Part shown: in pieces, positions 28,801 through 42,675 of the stretch
Layout: each line of letters starts with the position of its first letter
How positions within the stretch are numbered: position 1 is the first letter of the stretch
Origin: Chrysomallon squamiferum
Taxonomy: Eukaryota > Animalia > Mollusca
Assembly: GCA_012295275.1 (NCBI GenBank)
Contig: CM022670.1
Span: forward strand, 32,550,001-32,614,000
Direction of reading: 5' to 3'
DNA length: 64,000 nt
Notes under the pieces: model-generated
Told to the model about the DNA's origin: nothing
Database searches by the model: none
Seen by the model: only the letters and a program-made list of their open reading frames with translations
Made by a program: the position numbers and the translations under genes

Positions 28801-29319
28801 ATGTATTACAGAAGAAACAACACAAACACATGTATTTTAAGTGAAGCATTTAATCTGCTTCTAATGTTCCACAGCAACATTGTAAGCAAATGTTTACTTG
28901 GACACCCACGTTTTTTCATTTAAAAAAAAAAAAAAAAATCAACTGAAATGAAGTAATTCTAGTATTTTTTGTAAATAAATTTGTGTAAATTTATAACTTG
29001 GTGAAAAATGTTTTCTAGGTGAGCTCTTTTTCGTTTAATGAATTATGGCCATTTCACCAAAAGCTTGGAATGATGTATGGGCTAGGGGCAACTCTGTTAA
29101 CAAAGAAAAAAGAAGGCTAATGAAATAAAGTTATTATCACATCATGTATTGCAGCTAGCAGCTGTTGTCAGATGAATTAACATGTATTTGTCAGTGCCAT
29201 CTCAGTTACAGTATTAATGATTATAAGACGTCAAACAAGATTCTGCATAACACCCTACCAAGATATTCTATTGTATAAACATTGCCTAATCTTTCAATTA
29301 ATTATAACAAAAAGGTTTG

Positions 29320-29490
29320 GATCTGTTTGATCCACTTTTCCTTTTATATAGGGAAATACATACCATGGTTTTTTGCTCCATCAGTTGCAGAGCATTGGTT
29401 GGATTGGGAAATGGTTCAAACAATGTATTGAAGGGATTTGATCATGTGAAGTGTCAGTCCTCATGCTTTTATGCTCTGTAACAAATGTTA
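29320..29490 (-). mobile_element. Decayed SINE, minus strand
   Basis: CATACCATGG...CAGTTGCAGAGCATTGGTTGGATTGGGAAAT...GGGATTTGATC aligns by eye with the 51541 copy. Confidence 0.5.
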
Positions 29491-32400
29491 AATATTCTTC
29501 TTTTAAATATATGATGGTAATGTAAATATATTTAAATGGTTATTGCTTTGTTATAAATAGTTTTTAACTATTTAATGTCAGTTTATAATCAAGTTTTTAA
29601 CTTGAAAATATGCTGTTTTACTGATGCTTGTGTGTGTGTGTATATATATTTACATATGTATCTTCTACATACACTATTAACAGTCAAAATAATATTAATA
29701 ATAATAATTTTATTTGAAAATTATTAAGGGAATAGTTTATTTTCTTTATAGTACATTAATATCAATAAATTACTTCAACTTCATCTTTATTGTTCATACA
29801 AAACAATAAAAGTTATCACAGACACACACACACACACACACACACTTGAACATACTTGAATACACAAATACACATGCACACATATACATAACTTATATTC
29901 TTTATGAAAACATTAGTAATGAAAGTATATTTAAGAAATTTCAGAAATCATCATAAATGTAAATCCATCAATATCTATCCTTTTAATCAATCATTATCAC
30001 TAATTTTTCATCATATTACTGTCTGAAGTTACAATAACATCTACAAGAGACTGGCATTTTTATTTTAGACATCTCAGAATACCTCTGAGCTGGAACAAGG
30101 GTTAGCTGTGCAATCTCCTGAATGCACCAAGCTTGACTGTTGTTATTCCATGGTATAAATCACAAACTATAATTTTCTTCTCCTATTTTTTCTCTTATAA
30201 TCTGTTTACTTACATGGACAGACAGAGAGGTAATGTGGCAAGATAATTCTTACTATTATATGTCTGAGTTTTGGGGTTAATTTTTCTTTGAGTACCTGTT
30301 CAACTACATTTATTAATTCCTTAGTACTGAGTAATTCCTTTGTATTACTCCTCACAAAACTGTTTCTGTTATTGTTGGGAGATCAATAAAGATTTTTTTT
30401 CTGCATTATTAGCTTGATATTATTTGATTGTTTATTCATTTTTTTGTTTTTTTATATTATTGTTGAATATTATAACAAAAATATAAAAAGTGATAAATAG
30501 AGAGACACACACATATCTATATACACAAACACATACAGACACACATGCACATACATACATGCATACCTATATACAAACTTACATACACATGTACATATAT
30601 ATATATATAGTCACATATACATATGCACAATTACTTACATAATAAATACATACACACACACATATATATATACATGCATATGACATCCATTCATACATAG
30701 ACCTATCCAACTGCATAATATAAAAAGCATGAAACTGTTATTATTTCTATAACAAATATGTGTATAATGTAAAATACATGTATTTTCCTATCTGCACTGT
30801 TTAACCTGACTCGAGACAAATGTTGTTTTTCCCATTGTCCATGGAATAAAAGATTAGCATTGTGTACATTATGATATACTCTATTTTAATTAATATAAAT
30901 AAAATAACAAGGTTTTATGAAAAATGTTTTTCTTTTTCATAAATGTTCTTTTCATAGTACACAGTAGTGTTTGTTACAGTATTTACTGATAAGGGTATTG
31001 AAAATGATATACAGATAACAGATGTTTGAATATGAAGAGAAGCCAAGTTAGTTTATATTTAAATAAATGTACAAACACATAAACATACATACATTCATAC
31101 CTATATACAAATAAATATAAACACATATATACCTACATACCTACATACCTACATCCATACAGACACACACACACCCACACACCCACACTTGAATAACCTT
31201 TTACTCAGTTATGTAGAAAAACCAATAATCTTGATGTGAATAAAAATATAAAAAAAAAAAAAAAATTCTGTTATACAAATGACAGAGTATCAGTACTTTA
31301 TATAATTAATATCCTCGAAAAGACACAGTCTAAAACACCCACCGAAATTCAAAACAAATACTTCATTAAAAACAAAACAAATACTTCATTAAAAACAAAA
31401 CAAACAAAAAAACATGAACAATTAGCCTGCACCAAAAAAAATCAATCCCAAAAAACCCAACCAGGAACAGAAGAGAAATTTCATAGCTATAATTAGACAG
31501 AGTTTGTAACTGGATGCTGTTTGAAACTCTAATTAATCCTGCTATATAAAAAAATCTATATAATTCTTAATAACCAGAATCGATTCTTATTGAGTATTAT
31601 TTCTATATATATAAAAAAAAATTGTTTATTCAACAGCAACACAACAAAAGATAGCTTTCATTCACATTTCCTTTCTGTTCCCACACAAATAATCATCTTT
31701 TTCTTCATACTTTTAAAATAATTGTTGTATATTGAAGAATATTTTGTTTCTGTCAACTTACTAATCAAAAGTTGTGTAGCTTAAATAACTTTCATGTTTA
31801 TTAAACTCCCAAAGGCATCCTTAGATTCAAACAGTCTGACTTGTTGTAAAATAAACATATAACTATAAAACTGTTAGTTTATAGGCTGGCTTGTCTTGGT
31901 TAGAAGTTTATGAACAGGCATCAGCTCATTGTAATGTGGTACCTAGTACTAAACTGAAATATTCTTGCTCTATTGTAATTAGGGTTTCTAGTTTAAATTT
32001 TAATTGATTTTTGCTGTTGTTGTAATGTAACATGAGAAAAACTGTTATAGGTTTTTTGACTTTTGACAAAAGCTGTTAATGTGTTTATTGCCTCTGGCTG
32101 ACTTTAAAGACTCTAATAACATTATCTGCAGTATTTATTGCCATGTCCTACTGAATTAATATTGTATGCCATTTAACCTTACTTAACATGATCTGTTTGT
32201 TTGTATGTATGTATGTATGTATGTATGTATGTTTGTTATATGTATATATACATCTGTGGATGTGTTGTGTGTGTATACATATATACACATCAAATGATTA
32301 TAGAATTAATTTGTATCTTACTACATTTATAATTTATATATTCAAAGGGTGTAAATGTTAGCATTATAATAAATAATTAATTATTGTAATGCCCAGCTGA

Positions 32401-33571
32401 GCAGTGTAAATTAACTGTTTATTCAGTTTGTGTAGAAAGATTTGAAATCTCTAACAATCATGATAGACAGCATTAATTACTTCAATAATGATATTATTAA
32501 TATTTCTTTGACTTAATAATTTTATCAGTATAATATTATCCATTATGTAAAGTATTATAATAGAATTGTCTGAGGTTTATATTAACTAGTCAGGAATTCA
32601 ATAGACTATTGTATATCTTTGAATTCTGATGTACACAAACAAAATGTGAGCTGGCTCAGTCCCTTTAAGCTTTCTGCATTGTTCATTTGGACCAAAAAAA
32701 CAAACAATTATTTGATGCTAGGAATTCTTATATTCACAAAATATCTATAAAGCCTGAGGGCACAAATTAATTTTATGTGTTATGAATAATATTTGGTTAC
32801 TTTAAACTCATGAAAAAAAATTATATATATTATCTGATCAGCGTTAATAAAATTTTATTTGAGATATAAAATATTATTCAACTTGGAACTTACATAAAGA
32901 ATAAAATAGAATCATATCATCAGTATTTTATTACAGAAACTGGTTTTAGATAATGTAATGATATTATCACTGTTTAGGTTGGAAGTAAACCAACATACTA
33001 AGGCAGATCAGTGACTCTTTTTTATGTGCAGGACAATACTGAATGGCAGTTATGAATATATAAACTTTATTAATGACGTGGTCTCATTGTGTATTAATTC
33101 TCATTTAAAGTTTAATGCATATTTTTATGTTTAGTAAGATAACATGATTATCAGAGCACAGTATATTTATCTTCAGTGATTGGACAGGATAGGATTTATA
33201 TATGGTAATGATTCCAAAAACTAAATAGCTTGACTTTCTGAGTTCTCTAGCTGTATTGCATGTTCCATGAAAAGTGAAAATAAGAGATATTTGTTAACAT
33301 GGGAACATCATGATTAACTTTTCATGACTTAAAAATTATTAATACATTTTTAGTTATTTAATTTTAAATTGTTATAATCAACATTAAAAGCATCTGTTAC
33401 ATAATCACTGTGTAAAAAAATAAGAAAACATAAAATTATAATGTAATAAATGTTAATATAAAAATATATGAGAGGTTTTGGTTAAGCATTCTTAAATTCA
33501 TCCATTGCTAGACTTTCTTGATTTATATTATTTTCAACATGTCCTGATCATCTTCCATTTATTTATTTCAG

Positions 33572-33754
33572 TTTTGATGTCGAAAATGGAGCCCAGGGAC
33601 GGAGTCCTGTTGATGGAGGTAGTCCTTCATCCGGGCTGGTCCTACAGAACCTGCCTCAGAGACGAGAATCTTTTCTCTACAGATCAGATTCCGACTACGA
33701 AATCTCTCCAAAACAAATGTCACGTCACTCTTCCATGCAGCATAGTGATATTTT
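33572..33754 (+). CDS. PDE4: Internal coding exon of cAMP-specific phosphodiesterase 4 (PDE4/dunce), N-terminal half of UCR1
   Basis: Acceptor ...tttatttcag| at 33571 with a branch-like CTGAT about 27 nt upstream; donor |gtgagt at 33755. Reading from 33573 gives [60 protein letters not shown], matching the PDE4 long-form signature (FDVENG, GRSPx[18 protein letters not shown], SPKxMSRxSS). 183 bp, phase 2-2. Locally GC- and CpG-rich. Confidence 0.97.
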
Positions 33755-35644
33755 GTGAGTATTGTTCAATTAAATGTGTTCTTCTAGTTTTAGTTAATCT
33801 GTCTTGGTGGTCAATTGTCTTAAAAATTCACTTGTAGCAGCTTCATTTCAGAATAGGTAAAATAGCAAGTCCCCTGATTTTTCCCAGGTTATGAAATTAT
33901 TCCTGAACTCGATGGATATCTTGACAAATAAGGGGTTTTTTTTATCTAAAAGCATTTTTTCAGTTTCTTAATATTTATAACTAACACTAAAATTTAAATT
34001 TAAAAACACAAATAATTTAATTTTGTATGTCTTTAAACAAAGCCCATTTTGAAATTAAAAAGAAAATAATAATAATAATAATCCATCTAAAACACACAGC
34101 AAATGAAATAGAAACCAAACAAAAACACCTCTTTTCAGTGTTAAATTTTAAAAATAACTTTTAGAGTCATTAGGTAAATGCTCTTTCATATTAAATTAAG
34201 AGTATCCCATGATACATTGTTATCAGTTAATGCTGAAAACCCCAGCTAATTACTACTTGTTATCAGCTGTTTCTGTATTGTCTCTAATGTTTTGACAGTT
34301 TTAATGTATAATTTATAGTGTTAGAAATTTTGTTACCAATTTCTCTTGGGTAAAAAGAGATAAAAGGAAAATAGTAACACACCAAATCTTTATTATGTCT
34401 GAATGATAGCAAAAATGTGGCCATAAAAATAATTTTTTTCAAGCTTTCTCAAAAGCTATCACATGAACAGTAAGAAAAGAAAGATTGTTTAGAGATATAA
34501 AATATGCAGTTTGATATGTATACCAAGATCTAGTCTTTCAAGGAATAATTCTTGAAGGGACTGATAAAACTGAGTGAATTATGACAGTGTGAACCTGAAA
34601 GGATAAGAAAAAATAAACAACAAATTGTAAAATGAATCTTTGGGAAATGAAATACTGTTGGAATTGACTAAGCATGTAACCAAAGTGACAAGATCAAAAT
34701 TCTCAGTGATTAATTTGCTCTTGAGTGTGTTCGGAACTTGAAAACAGTGAGTTTATTGTCTAACACCTCACAAGCAGATTTTGAAAATAATATGTGGTCT
34801 CACACACACAGAGTCTGAAATCTAAACTGATGTGTACAGTTTTGTGAACTGGAGTTGATGAACTGATGCTCTGAAATCCTCAGGATCATGAACTGAATCA
34901 ACTTTAATCAACAGCATTCATCAGTTTGTGAAAATTATCAACAAAAGAAAAAATATCAATAGATTTAATTCATTGAAAATTATCAACATCATCTTTGTGA
35001 AACTGATTTGAAGAGCTGATTCTAGTCATCAAACAGTATAAAATTCTGAATTCAAATTGGCAACAGACATCAAGAAAATCAACAATTTGATATTAGTCAT
35101 CAGCGTTTGAAAATATTTGTGAAACATAACCTGCCATGCACCCAGTGAAGCTAGCAAGACGAAGAAGATCCAAAGATAGGAAAAATAAAGGTATGTATCA
35201 TTTTGATTATTTTTTATATATATTAAAAAAAAATTATTCCATGTTTTCCAAAATTTCATATCAGAAGTAACATCTTTGAGTTGATTTCAAATTATGTTTT
35301 TTCCTTCATATCATGTTTTGTTTTTGTATCAAAAGTGTCATATTAAAACTCATTAATTAGATATTTTTTATTTTTTTGTGCATCGAAGATAAATTTTATG
35401 CTTAACATATACAGTACAAACCTCGGTGAAACTAGATAAGATTGTGTGATGTTTTTATAGTGGTAAGAACAGTGCACTTTTTTAGAATCAGAACAGTTAT
35501 TGGTTTTGTAAAGAAATAAGCCATTTTATTCTTTAACCATTAATATTGCTACTTATCAGAGTATAAAAAAAAAAAATTGTGTGTTCAGTTATGCTCAAAA
35601 ATAAAAATAAAAGATAACCGCACGAAAATAAACAAATGCATACA

Positions 35645-36594
35645 ACACACACATACAGTTACACATTTAGTACACAATACTCACACATACAGTTACACAT
35701 TTAGTACACAATACTCACACATACAGTTACACATTTAGTACACAATACACATACATACAGTTACACATTTAGTACACAATACACACACATACAGTTACAC
35801 ATTTAGTACACAACAACACACACACATACAGTTACACATTTAGTACACAATACACACACATACAGTTACACATTTAGTACACAATACACACATACATACA
35901 GTTACACATTTAGTTTACAGTTACACATTTAGTACACAATACACACACATACAGTTACACATTTAGTACACAATACTCACACATACAGTTACACATTTAG
36001 TACACAATACATACAGTTACACATTTAGTACACAATACACACACATACAGTTACACATTTAGTACACAATACACACACATACAGTTACACATTTAGTACA
36101 CAATACACATACATACAGTTACACATTTAGTACACAACACACACACACATACAGTTACACATTTAGTACACAAACACACACACATACAGTTACACATTTA
36201 GTACACAAACACACACATACAGTTACACATTTAGTACACAATACACATACATACAGTTACACATTTAGTACACAATACACATACATACAGTTACACATTT
36301 AGTACACAATACACATACATACAGTTACACATTTAGTACACAATACACACACATACAGTTACACATTTAGTACACAATACACATACATACAGTTACACAT
36401 TTAGTACACAATACACATACATACAGTTACACATTTAGTACACAATACACACACATACAGTTACACATTTAGTACACAATACACACACATACAGTTACAC
36501 ATTTAGTACACAATACACACACATACAGTTACACATTTAGTACACAATACACATACATACAGTTACACATTTAGTACACAATACACACACATAC
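35645..36594. repeat. Minisatellite, ~32-34 bp unit, about 28 copies
   Basis: Near-invariant core ATACAGTTACACATTTAGTACACAA separated by short variable (AC)/(ACAT) linkers. Confidence 0.97.
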
Positions 36595-39500
36595 ATTCAG
36601 CACATATATTCATTCATTTGAAGCTTCATTTCCTCTGGTTTACAGCTAATGGCTTTAAGTGGCCATTTTTACTTTTCACATAATGAAGTTTATTGCATAA
36701 ATGTTTGGTATTATTAAGGGAGCACTTAGATGTCTGTTTTTCAGAAGCTTCAGGCACTAACATTAGAGACATCTATATTTCTGTTTAACCTAATTTCTTT
36801 GCAGACATATGGTGCACATTAAATAATATTTTATACATACAAAATGTCTTTCCATATGCTTCCTATTAGCTAATCACAATAAACTGAACCCCTGTGGGGA
36901 TTGGTAATTGTGAAAAATGGTTATTTTTTAAGAGATGTAGCTCTGAAACAGTTGTTCAGTGTGACTGAAACCAATATTTCTAATATATCATTCTGCTGTG
37001 TGTGCAGAACAGACCATCAGATGTGAATTAACTGCCTTTGATGGTAAACAGTTAATATTCTGTTACATCTGGTTTGATTAATACTCGGATAAATTAGTTC
37101 AACAAAAATACGTTTCTGTCAAATATTTCTTTGTGTGCTTTTGGCATGGAGGTGATAACTTGTTTTAAGGTAAATACACAGAATCTTTAAATTAATTTTA
37201 TTTATTTGTTTATTTATCTGTTTGTCTGTTTGCCATACTTCTGAAACAACAGTTTGTGTGATTTGAATTTTATTTTGATGAATCTTATTTATTTATTTGT
37301 TGTTTTGGTGACAGCTTCATCCATCATACAGCAATTATTATTTTTTTATTGATAATAATTTATTCTTATGAGTTGTTATTTTTATTTGTTTGTTTGTTTA
37401 TTTATGTTTGTTTGTTTGTTTGTTTATTTGTTTTTATTCTTCTTCTGCAGAATATACTTAAATTTACTACCTAGCACTTATTTACAGTTTATTTAGTTTT
37501 AATGCATTTTCAGATAGAGTTCTGATAATTTTAAGGTTAACATTTCATTGATATACTGTATGTTTTGTGTTCTAGAGCATATCAGAATATCTGTCAAACT
37601 CTCAACTACATTTTAAAAAACAAATTTGTTCATTGATATTTTTTTCTTCAGAGATATGAAAACATCATTATTTCTGTGTTTATTAATTAATTAATTAAAT
37701 AAACATGAATATGATAGCAAGTCTATTCATGGTAAACCTTTTAATATGCTAATGTTAGGAGATATGTTAATATAACATTACAACAAGTTGAGAAATAAAA
37801 ACATTTAATTATATTTTCTCTTTATATAATACACTGATGCCAAGAGGTAAACTGAAGTGATGTCAAAAGGTGCCTAGACACACAAGCATAATTCAGTTAT
37901 TGGTTTCTGAAATAGTTTTTCACATGTAACCAACCGTGACTGTTCATGAACACACATGTGCAACCAACTGTAAATGTTTATGAACATGCAAGTGCAACCA
38001 GCCATAAATTATTGTGTTTATGCTTATGTATGAAGTGTGAAAAGTCTGCATAACTGAAATCATTTGTATGTGAGTATATATTTATTTATGTGTATATGTA
38101 CGTAATTATGTTTGTGTGTGTATCACAGTATGCATGTAAGTTGATATAACAGTGTATATGTTTGAAAGTGTGTGTGTATATTTGTGTGTCTTTGTGTATC
38201 TTTGTATATTAATGTAACTGTTTTCAAAGAATATTACTTCATAACTTCAGATGAAGAACTTTTAAAGAAAATACTTTATTTTTCTGTTTATTTACACAAA
38301 CTACTAAATGGATACTACAAAGAGTTCTGTTGATATGTTATCTGTTAATCAGTTGGCTGTAGATTTGGTACATGGTCTGTACAGACTAACTGCATTAACA
38401 AACAGCCTAGTACACTAAAACTATTTAATCTTCTCTGCTGAAATTGTGAAAGGATTTGCATGTTAAAGTTAAGATTTTGTATATAACACATGTTGACAGG
38501 TTTTAATATAACACACAGATGTATATTTCCATTTACAACTTGTATGTACTTTTCCATGTGGTTCGTGTATATTGATTTTTACAAAGACAGAATGGGTAGA
38601 TTTTCAAAACTTTCATAGATTTTAATTTAAATAAAATTATTATAGATATGTAGGTAGGAGATTTTCATAGGCAGCATAGATTTTTTAATACTGTATAGTA
38701 CATCCATAAATACATTTTTATATATCTAAATATTGAATTTAAAAATTCATGACATTTTCTCATATTTTTCAGAATAAAGTCTGACAGATTGTTTTTATTT
38801 ATATTTAAGATAAAATTCTTGTCACTGAAATTTTCAAAATACATAAAAAGAAGTTTTGGTATAAGTTTCTGTTATAGTCATAGTAGGAATTAATTTTTTT
38901 TTTATTTTATTTTTTTTTTTTTAACCAAAGTTGTACTTACAATGTTATAAATTTAGAGAAAATTTTAATAAATAAAATGTTTGTCCCTTGATAACCTATA
39001 TTTTCAGTCTTCAGATATTTAGTGAATTTGTCAAAGTAAAACATAATCTTATAATAATAAAAAAAATCAGATTAAAACTTGATCAATTTTACAAGTGTTT
39101 TATACCTAAGCCTTGCTGTATTTCATGAAACTGTTAAAGCAGGATCTGTCAGCCAAAAGCCACAATATGTTTGTTTTGTACATAAATTAACCCTTGATAC
39201 ATTTGGTGAAATAGATCACTAATCATGTTTAAACAGACTTGATCCTCTTCCTGAAGCGTATTTGTTGAAGGATTTTTGCTTCATCCATCAAATAAAATGG
39301 CAATGCTGAGACGCCTCTGTGAACCAAAACAGACTTCTTTGTTTTTGACCTGAAAGCTGGATGTTTTAGTGATTTCATTGATAATTTCTCTAATTGTTTG
39401 TGGTCATCTGTTCATAAACATGATATCAAACTGTTTGTAATATTGAAAAATCAGTCTAGCGAAACCTATTAGGCAGTAGAAATCAATTTATCTAAACTTG

Positions 39501-41288
39501 TAGAAACAGTTTTGGTGCATCTTCTGGATCAAGACCTTGAACTATTTTACTTATTTTAGACTGTGCAGCAATGGAAATTTAATTACTACAGAAATTTTTA
39601 GTAATAATTAAAGTGGTATTGTTGTTTTGAAATATTTTATTTTTCTTTGTTTTTGTGTTGGTGTTCTGTATAAATATGTTTTCATTCTGTAAGTGGTATA
39701 ATCTTTTGCTTCTGTTTTTGGTGATATGTACCTGGTTGGCATGTGTCGGTAATATATATTTATATCTTATCTTTTCACTTCATGGAAATTAATATTTAAT
39801 CTTTTTTAAAATAAACTCTTTTTAATATTAAATTTTCTTAAATATTTTCTTTTCAGTTTAAAAAAAAACAATAATATTCTGCCATACAAATTCCAAAAAT
39901 AAATAGATAAATGAATAAAAATAACTGAAACTCTCCACTAACATTTCTTAAATAATGCTCAGAAAATTATCAGTTTTTAAAAATAAAAAATATAAACCAT
40001 CATGGTCACCATGACATTAGATGCACATAGAAATCTGCCAGTGTTTTATAGCAAAAGCTGTTTATTTTTTATGACACAAGTGCAGTGTTTGATTTAATTA
40101 ACAGATACTTTGCTAGAGTGAAAATCTGGAAAATAAAAACTTGGAAATCATCTTCGGTTTATGTAACACACAGGAGAGGTTGTCTGCTACTTTAAAAGCA
40201 TAATACTGCATTCCGCACTCATTAGCTGGTTTATTTGTTTTAAGTATTTCTGCCAGCAGAGTTTACCCATGCAGAGTAGCTAATTTTAATCTTTCTTGGC
40301 ACTGTGCAGATTTCAGAAACTTTTAAGTTTTGTTTCCAATTACTGCTGTCAGCACAAGAAACCATAGGCTGTTTGTAAGGATTAGAATACTGTTGTAATA
40401 TTGCATTTGTAAGAGCCGGTGTAAATGTCATCATATTGATCATGTGTGAAGGAAAAATAAACTGGTGGTATTTTCAGTTCAGTGACTGCAGTCAAAGATA
40501 ATTAGTCCTGAAGTCAGTGACCTATTGGCAACAGTTATTGATCAATTATAAAATGCATTAATTAATTTATCTTGATAGCAGGTTATATGATGTTTTTCAT
40601 TTTTTTCATTTTTTTTTTTTACATTCCATACATCACCTTTTTGTCATTTGATCAATTCATTAAAAATAAATGTAATCATCAAACATAGATTACAAAAAAC
40701 AATTCCCTAGGCAATTTTATAGAGGAATGTTTTATGTTTTTCTGTTAAATTTATATATACTGCCGGATTATGTATGAAAGCATTTCAAGGTACATGTACT
40801 TGTTATTTGTTTGTTTTTCTTCTGTTTGTTTGTTTCAATTTTAATGTTTTATTTAAGAATAACAAAATAAATCACTGTTAATGTCAGTGTATGTTATTCA
40901 TTTTAATAATTTGTGATTACTTTTATTGGATTTATGCTGAATGTAGGTTTCATGTAGGATTATTTATGGTCATTATGTAAATTTAAATATGGTACAATTG
41001 TTTTATTAATAAAATGTAAAATAATTTACACATGTATATAAACTTGAATAAGGTATGAATATTATGTAAATAAAACATAAAATAATAATACACACACACA
41101 CACATTCTTTTTTTAGTTACTTTAGTACACCTGTACCAGTTTGACTCAAAGAGTAATCAAATGAATTAACTTTCCTTTTCAAATCAGAATAATACATTAA
41201 AACAAAAAAAATAAAGAAAAAAAGACCTATATTTTTCTTTCACTTTATTTTAATGTGGCTGTGTTTCTGTTAAAGAAAATGTATTAAA

Positions 41289-41385
41289 CACGTGTATAAA
41301 AGCAAGGGAAACGTGAGGCATGAATTAAAAACGGGAGTTGATTTATAGAACCTCTGTGCACGTCTCACACAAAACGGATAACGTG
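41289..41385 (+). promoter_or_regulatory. E-box/ACGTG cluster with TATA box
   Basis: CACGTG 41289-41294 directly followed by TATAAAAG 41295-41302; AACGTG 41310 and 41380; CACGTC (GACGTG on minus) 41359; nine CpGs in 41290-41495. Confidence 0.45.
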
Positions 41386-41398
41386 AAGATTTGAAGAA

Positions 41399-41489
41399 AT
41401 GACTGGAGCACCGATGAAGACTTATCATTGTGTTCAGTTAAAGGAAGAAAGATTGATTTTTATTGATCAGAGCGACAGTATAAACATAG
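41399..41489 (+). CDS. Candidate alternative first exon MTGAPMKTYHCVQLKEERLIFIDQSDSINI (phase 1)
   Basis: Lies in a CpG cluster about 100 nt downstream of TATAAAAG. Donor TAG|GTTCGT is only moderate. Confidence 0.25.
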
Positions 41490-41809
41490 GTTCGTGCCAA
41501 AATCTATGATAGTGGCTTCACTGTTGTCTTTCTGATAATTGATGGAGAGAAATTTTAGTCTGCTTTTTCATTAGGAAGATGGCAGACCAGGCATGAATTT
41601 AATGCTTTGCATGCGGTTGTGAATTTCTTTTGCTCTGTATATCTTAATATTGTCTTCCCGCTATTCAAACAAATGTGAAAGTCACTCATGACAATTCTGC
41701 ACTTGTCTTTATCCTGCTGTAATGAATAATGCATGCAGGGCAATTATTATTGAGTTTTCAGAGAGTCCAGCACAGGATGTGTCCAGCAACAGGCTGTCTG
41801 AATAATAGA

Positions 41810-42270
41810 TTGAAATTTAATCACAGAACTTCAGTCTAGGCTTGTGTAAATTGATTATTTTAATGTGTTTATAGAATGTCCAGTTTAAGAATAATACACT
41901 GAAAATTAGTCACAGAAGATCTCCAGTTTAGGCTTAAGTAAATTGATTATTTTAATGTGTTTATAGAATGTCCACTTTAAAAATAATACACTGAAAATTA
42001 GTCACAGAACTTCATTCTAGGTTTGTGTAAATTGATTATTTTAATGTGTTTATAGAATGTCCAGTTTAAAAATAATACACTGAAATTTAGTCACAGAACT
42101 TCAGTCTAGGCTTGAGTAAATTGATTATTTTGATGTGTTTATAGAATGTCCACTTTAAAATCAGACTGAAATTAAGTCAAAGAATTTTAGTCTAGACTTG
42201 CGTAAATTGAGTTAATAGAAAGTCTGGGTTAAAAATTAGACTGAAATTTGGTCAAAGAACTTTAGTAGGA
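41810..42270. repeat. Tandem repeat, ~89-92 bp unit, 4 good copies plus decayed tail
   Basis: TGAAA(A/T)TTAGTCACAGAACTTCAGTCTAGGCTTG.GTAAATTGATTATTTTAATGTGTTTATAGAATGTCCA.TTTAA recurs at about 41811, 41900, 41992 and 42081. Confidence 0.92.
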
Positions 42271-42520
42271 AAACATCTAGATTATTTTAATAGGATTTAT
42301 GTTAATAGATTCACTTTGAAAATTGTTGAAATTTATTTGAACAATTTGTGGGATCAAATGTTCTGGCTTGCATAAATTCATTATTTTGTATCATGAAAGA
42401 GACCTAGTTTACATTAACAACTGAAATTTAATTTAAAGCAATTTCATGGCTTTTATATTAGTATGGTTATTTTAATTATTTTTATATTAAAATGTGGTTC
42501 AAATAATTAAAAATGAAGTC

Positions 42521-42675
42521 TAGTCTTTTATATTAAAATATAGTTTAAATAATTCATGGTTAATTATGAAGGTGTGGATACAAAATTATTTTATAATATA
42601 AAAAAAAAAAAAAATTATGGATGCCTACACAGTTGACCATGAATTATTTAAACTATATTTTAATATAAAAGACTA
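42521..42675. repeat. Perfect 40-bp inverted repeat with 75-bp spacer
   Basis: 42521-42560 TAGTCTTTTATATTAAAATATAGTTTAAATAATTCATGGT is the exact reverse complement of 42636-42675; imperfect pairing continues inward. Confidence 0.95.

Larger units (their letters stand above)
22246..33571 (+). other. Predicted PDE4 intron (11.3 kb, GT-AG, phase 2)
   Basis: Bounded by GTAAAA and TTTCAG; phase-compatible join of the two exons. Confidence 0.7.

Noticed and set aside
33505-33837. 110-aa ORF in the supplied track (MLDFLDLYY...)
   Set aside because: Wrong frame; the PDE4 peptide is in a different frame bounded by splice sites.
35645-36594. CRISPR-like appearance (constant repeat with variable linker)
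   Set aside because: Linkers are only about 7-11 bp of AC microsatellite, not unique spacers; no cas genes; eukaryotic intron context.
41405-41435. GAGCACCGATGAAGACTTATCATTGTG resembling the HGEDLIV exon
   Set aside because: No frame gives HGxDLIVTPFAQ and there is no acceptor.
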